Positions 59,648 to 64,000 of a stretch of 64,000 bases of DNA are shown here, piece by piece. Source of the DNA: Mayamaea pseudoterrestris (lineage: Eukaryota); the NCBI GenBank assembly GCA_027923505.1, contig BROI01000020.1, positions 62,001 through 126,000 on the forward strand, in the 5' to 3' direction. The translations under genes were made by a program, and so were the position numbers. Position 1 is the first letter of the stretch. Every line of letters starts with the position of its first letter. The notes under the pieces are model-generated. The model made no database searches. It saw only the letters and a program-made list of their open reading frames with translations, and was not told the origin of the DNA.

Positions 59648-59937
59648 GGTGGAGAAAGGTGCAAGAAAAAATTTGGACGAGAGAAGTTTCGATGGCTCAA
59701 GTCGCATGTCTCTCCGGTACTCGAGGCGCGATGGCAAAGTATGCTCCCTCGATTTTGGAAAATAAGGTGGCGATTCATGGCTTATCTGCTTATGTAGCCA
59801 TAGCTATGATCTATTGGTACTTGCATAATCGGAAGCGCCGAGGTTTGATACCATATTTCCATGCGAAGCAACTGCGAGCAGTAGCGTTACATTCCGCAAG
59901 AAGCACTTATATAGATGTATAACATTTTCAGATAGAC

Positions 59938-60843
59938 TTAACTCTCCCGCTTGTCAGCGACAAACTCTTGTATTCTGTGCGATTTATCCTCACTTTCGTA
60001 AAGTATGTTCCGCTCTACATGCAACTCGACACACATTCTCGCAATCTCCGCTTCGGTCTGTTCATCGTAGGCGAACGACTGCGCCATGAGCATGCGCTCC
60101 GCCAGTGTCATGGCCGTACGAAACAGTGGAGCAACGACACTGGCATCGTATATAACATCCGTCGCCAGTATCAAATCGACGTGACGCGACGGTGGCACCG
60201 TATGTTCCGCCAAATTGTCAATAATCGTTTGATAGTCATCAGCCTTGCTGCCCCACTCGAGCTGCTGAAAGCATACGGGAATGCTTCCAATGTCGTTGAT
60301 CGAATCGTTCAAATCCGAATCGGTCGTCGATTGCTCCAATATGGATTGCACCGTGGTTTCGTAATTGTCGCGCGCTCGCTCCACGACGCCGGGGTCGTGG
60401 TCCGTCACCAATACGCATTGCAGCGACGCTTGCCATATTTGCAAAGCAGCAATCGAAGCGAGTGCGCAGCCAGCTCCCAGCTCCAACACGGATATTGGTG
60501 CTAGAGTCGCATGGTAAGGAGGTTGTTCGTCGTTTTGGTGCGGCGCCATGTTCTTTGGCAGCTGCTGGCCCGTCACAAAATCAATGAGCAGTGCGGCGGC
60601 TGGCCACAAGTAGTGACCCGACTGCAGAGCGCCTGGATGATCGTCAATGGCGTTGAGTGTAACATGAATTGGCCTTGTGCTGCTCATGTTCCAAACGAGG
60701 CGGCGCGTCTTGGTCGACTGATGGCTGTCGAACATGAATCCAATGTCGGCCAAGCCGACGTCTTCTAAATCAAACGAAGTAGTACTCTCGTCGATATCAT
60801 CATTGGCTGCGTTTCTCTTGGATGAGGGTGAGGTAGAAGGCAT
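59938..60843 (-). CDS. Class I SAM-dependent protein methyltransferase (Methyltransf_16 / METTL21-like)
   Basis: SGHYLWPAA, VLELGAGC, LVTD, LEWG, DLILATDVIYD. Confidence 0.9.
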   Translation of the reverse strand: MPSTSPSSKRNAANDDIDESTTSFDLEDVGLADIGFMFDSHQSTKTRRLVWNMSSTRPIHVTLNAIDDHPGALQSGHYLWPAAALLIDFVTGQQLPKNMAPHQNDEQPPYHATLAPISVLELGAGCALASIAALQIWQASLQCVLVTDHDPGVVERARDNYETTVQSILEQSTTDSDLNDSINDIGSIPVCFQQLEWGSKADDYQTIIDNLAEHTVPPSRHVDLILATDVIYDASVVAPLFRTAMTLAERMLMAQSFAYDEQTEAEIARMCVELHVERNILYESEDKSHRIQEFVADKRES

Positions 60844-61134
60844 GGCAGGAATACCTAGAAAGCGCTGTTTGGTGTGATGCAGGGCAGTCAATAGGCGCTG
60901 TCGATCTTCTTGGTGATGCGAATCGGTCGTGTCGCAGAGGTATCGGTATCAAATGTCGCAACGGTACCCCAGCCGCGACGGTGCGACAGCGCAGCGCGGC
61001 GCGGCGAGGGCATTATATCGCACGAAGCCTTGATCGTGATCCGTCTACCGGTATTTTGTTTCATTCATTCGAAAAGAAGATTGTAAAAATTGCTGCTGGT
61101 ACTGCCGAAACGATAGTCAAATACACTCGCAACA

Positions 61135-64000
61135 ATGAGCTTTTCGTCGCCGTCCTCGAGCGACAGTGGGCGGGAGCAAGCCATTGAAATGCTTTTGGAT
61201 CGCGATCCGGATGGAAGCTTTTACAGGTTTAGCAAAATCATGGTGCGTAGTACATTTTCAACGATTATTTCGACATTTGTATGAAAACTGTAATAGACAT
61301 TCAGACATATGTTTCTCAATTTCTCAACCACTTTTTACTTACAGGAAGAGTGCCTTCCGGAAGCCACGGCGAGTCGAACAAACCTTTTGACGCGGTCGGC
61401 CTTGATGGAGCAAGCGCTGAGCATGTCGGAACATTGCATTGACACGGTTGCAAAATACAATAAAGTCTTTCCGCCTTCTTCGGCGAGTTTGGAAAGTAGC
61501 AAGGAGACTGAACAAAGTAGTAGTCGTCGAATGAATGACGCAACCTTTCGCGAGCGCGTCTTGAGCTACCAGGCGCGGCTTAACGCGGTCAAGAAGCAGG
61601 CAACGACTCGCAATCATCAGCTCCAGCAGCAAGACGCAGCTACCATTGCTGCTGATGCTGCTGTTAATGTCGAAACTGGTGAAGACGCAATTGCTGCAGC
61701 CAGCGCAAAATCGAACGCCATGCCGGTCGCTTCCACCATTGCAACTGTCATTCGCAGCGTCTACGAAGCAAATAGCAGTAACGACAATATACAGTTGGAG
61801 GCGTTGCTTGACCATGTTGGCTCGCATCCAGTCTTGCAGAATGCCGTTGCAGCAGACGGATTTGCAAACGGCGGCGTTGGATCATGGGAGGTGAACATGC
61901 AGAGCATGATGTTAAACGCGGCCAAGCTTGCTAAGGATGGTGAGACGACGAATCGACATGACTCGAGTGGTTGGTTCTTGTGCGCGCTGGCGCTGCTGGT
62001 GGGAGACGTGCCTGCTGCGTCGGACGAGCATGATGGTGAGAGTTTTGTTGTGGATTCCAAGGGCGAGGAAAAGTCTGCAGCACGAGGTGTAGACTTGCCA
62101 CGAGAATATAACACGCCGGTGTCCAATATTAGCACCGATATTGATCCATATCGACCACTGCAGGTTGCGAGTATACTTGCTCTACTTGACACGGAGGATG
62201 ACTCCAAGAGGCGCCCAGCAAACCGCAACTCATTTATAATCGAGCCCGTCTTTTTGGAGTACTTTGGTGAAGCATCCGCTGTATACGAGGAACGATTGGA
62301 GATCCAAAAGGCGCGTTTGCTGGCGAGAGTTGCGTCGCCAACACAGCCGGAAGCCGCAGTCGTTGAAAATTATGTTTCGTTTCCACCTGCGCCGTCATCG
62401 CCTGACATGGGGAGTGAGTCGTCGGCCGCCACACCGCCACCGTTGATCCAACGAACTGACGGAGTCTCATCGGACGAGGATGAGGAAAGCGATGATGATG
62501 ACGACGACGACGACGACGACGACGATGAAGTTAACAACAATGTTCGAGCCTTGACAAGTCATGTGGCAGCCGCAGAACGACCGGTGCAGGCACTCTCTCA
62601 CGTGTTTGGACAAGTGTTGCAGGCGGCAGCTGCATCGTCGGTGCTTCCTTCGAGTAGCAGTGATGATGATGATGACGATGATGATGACGAAGATGGCGAT
62701 GAAGACAGTGCCGCGGGGAATTCTGACGAGTACGAGGCGCCACGATCGCGCTTGGTTATATCTGAAATGAGTTCCGATATTGGTATGTCTCGACACTCAC
62801 ATTTGATTCATAATCGTGGTCCATCACTTGACGGCTCCGCGGATGAAACTGTAATGGCTGAAGAAGTTTCGCCGGATGACGATGAAGGCGCGTTTCTTAT
62901 GCGGACTGTGACAATGAGCATGCGCGGCTCCTCTCTCGGGTCTACGATTAGACTAATTCCAGGTACACGGGGGCACAGCCAAGATGCTGATATTCGATTG
63001 ACTACCAGCAACTCAGAGACACCAGTGTCTGACGATGATTCTCAGGGCGACCCTTTGAAAGAAGCTGATGGATCGGTTAATATTTCAGCAGAGTTGGTGG
63101 AAGACTCACGACTGCCGCCCCTCCCGCAGTGTCCAGAGTTATATCCATACACAGACATGTGTGGCGAATTCTACGAATGCAATTATATGGCACGACACTG
63201 CGAGGATTCAGAGTATTTTGATACATCTCACTTGTTGACGTTTGGATCAATTCCATCAGCATGCGTGCTGATACATTTGCTTCGCCATGTGTCACATATT
63301 GAGGAACGACGTCGCGTTGCAGGGTTTTTATCAGAAAAATCAGAGGAATCAATTGTGGTTTCTGACGGTATTGGTTCATTATTTTTCGGTCGGGTACACT
63401 CAGACGCTCCATCGTCCGGCTCATTTCGAGACGCTCACTGGGACCAAGAGACAAAGTCGCTTCAGTTGCTAGTGACTCTTCTGCTTGTTATCTTTGATAT
63501 GAGAGATAAATCTATCGAAGAGTTTGCAAAAGCGTCGCGGCGAGTACAGCAGGCAAATGAGGGCCTTTCTCCTGCACTCGATGATGAGTTTGACGCGGAT
63601 CCGCTCCCGGCGTTAGAGGAAGAAGACGATCCTGCATTTATACTAGCCATGAACTATGTGGAAGAGGATGTATCATTGTCCTCTGAATCTCTTGACAACA
63701 AAGGCATGAGGCGAAAGGCGGCAGCTGCTGCACACGACGCTGCGTTGCTGTCAAAATCTTTACGCAAGCAAGCTGATAGCTGGGAGGCGAAAGTCAAACT
63801 GTACTCCCTCTGTACGTTTTATGCCATAAAATGCTTGAGGAATCTTTTGCAAAATTGTGTTGTCCAAAGCTTGGCGGGGGCGCCAAATGAAGCACTCATG
63901 CTTCGTGCCAAAATGGTGTTTCCATCGATTGCTGAAAAACTTTCGGGGAGCTTACTGGCCCTCTTGTCGGTCTCAAATCGACTGAAACAATTAGCATGGT
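61135..64000 (+). CDS. N-terminal part of a large protein running off the window; intron 61243-61344; absent from the ORF track
   Basis: A 108-nt exon 1 (MSFSSPSSSD..FSKIM) is joined by GTGCGT...ACAG to a frame in which I found no stop from 61345 to 64000; poly-Asp tracts at 62480-62705. Confidence 0.82.

Noticed and set aside
29141..60843. Functional gene cluster or operon
   Set aside because: Neighbouring genes have unrelated functions and mixed orientations, typical of a compact eukaryotic genome.
62480..62705. (GAC/GAT)n microsatellites
   Set aside because: Ordinary in-frame poly-Asp coding tracts.

Overview
Eukaryotic, intron-containing DNA, most consistent with a compact diatom (stramenopile) genome: CoDi-like Ty1/copia elements, short 69-125 bp GT-AG introns and ASAFAP-like plastid-targeting motifs. 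The window has two sharply different halves. Bases 1 to ~26.9 kb are a nested graveyard of decayed retroelements: eight copia fragments from five families (labelled A-E here; A x2, B x3, C, D, E), one 5'-truncated Ambal-like LINE, and one miniature split-direct-repeat (Ngaro/PAT-like) tyrosine-recombinase retroelement, with abundant C>T/G>A decay. Bases ~27.3-64 kb are gene-dense: an NTPase-REase-like ORF, a cyclophilin, an ion channel, UXS, a GPx-like protein, PCIF1, a 2OG-oxygenase-like protein, a COX7c-like protein, an HA+Tudor protein, GH125, a WW protein, TBCA, ATP12, a METTL16-family (Methyltransf_16) methyltransferase and others. The top finding is that two separately listed ORFs splice into one ~1280-aa four-repeat (4x6TM) voltage-gated channel. 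It is built from Kv-like repeats, but its pores read FGEYP/SGESP/SGDYP/GGEWG (an E-E-D-E ring) instead of TVGYG. All family assignments are by visual motif recognition; no database searches were run.
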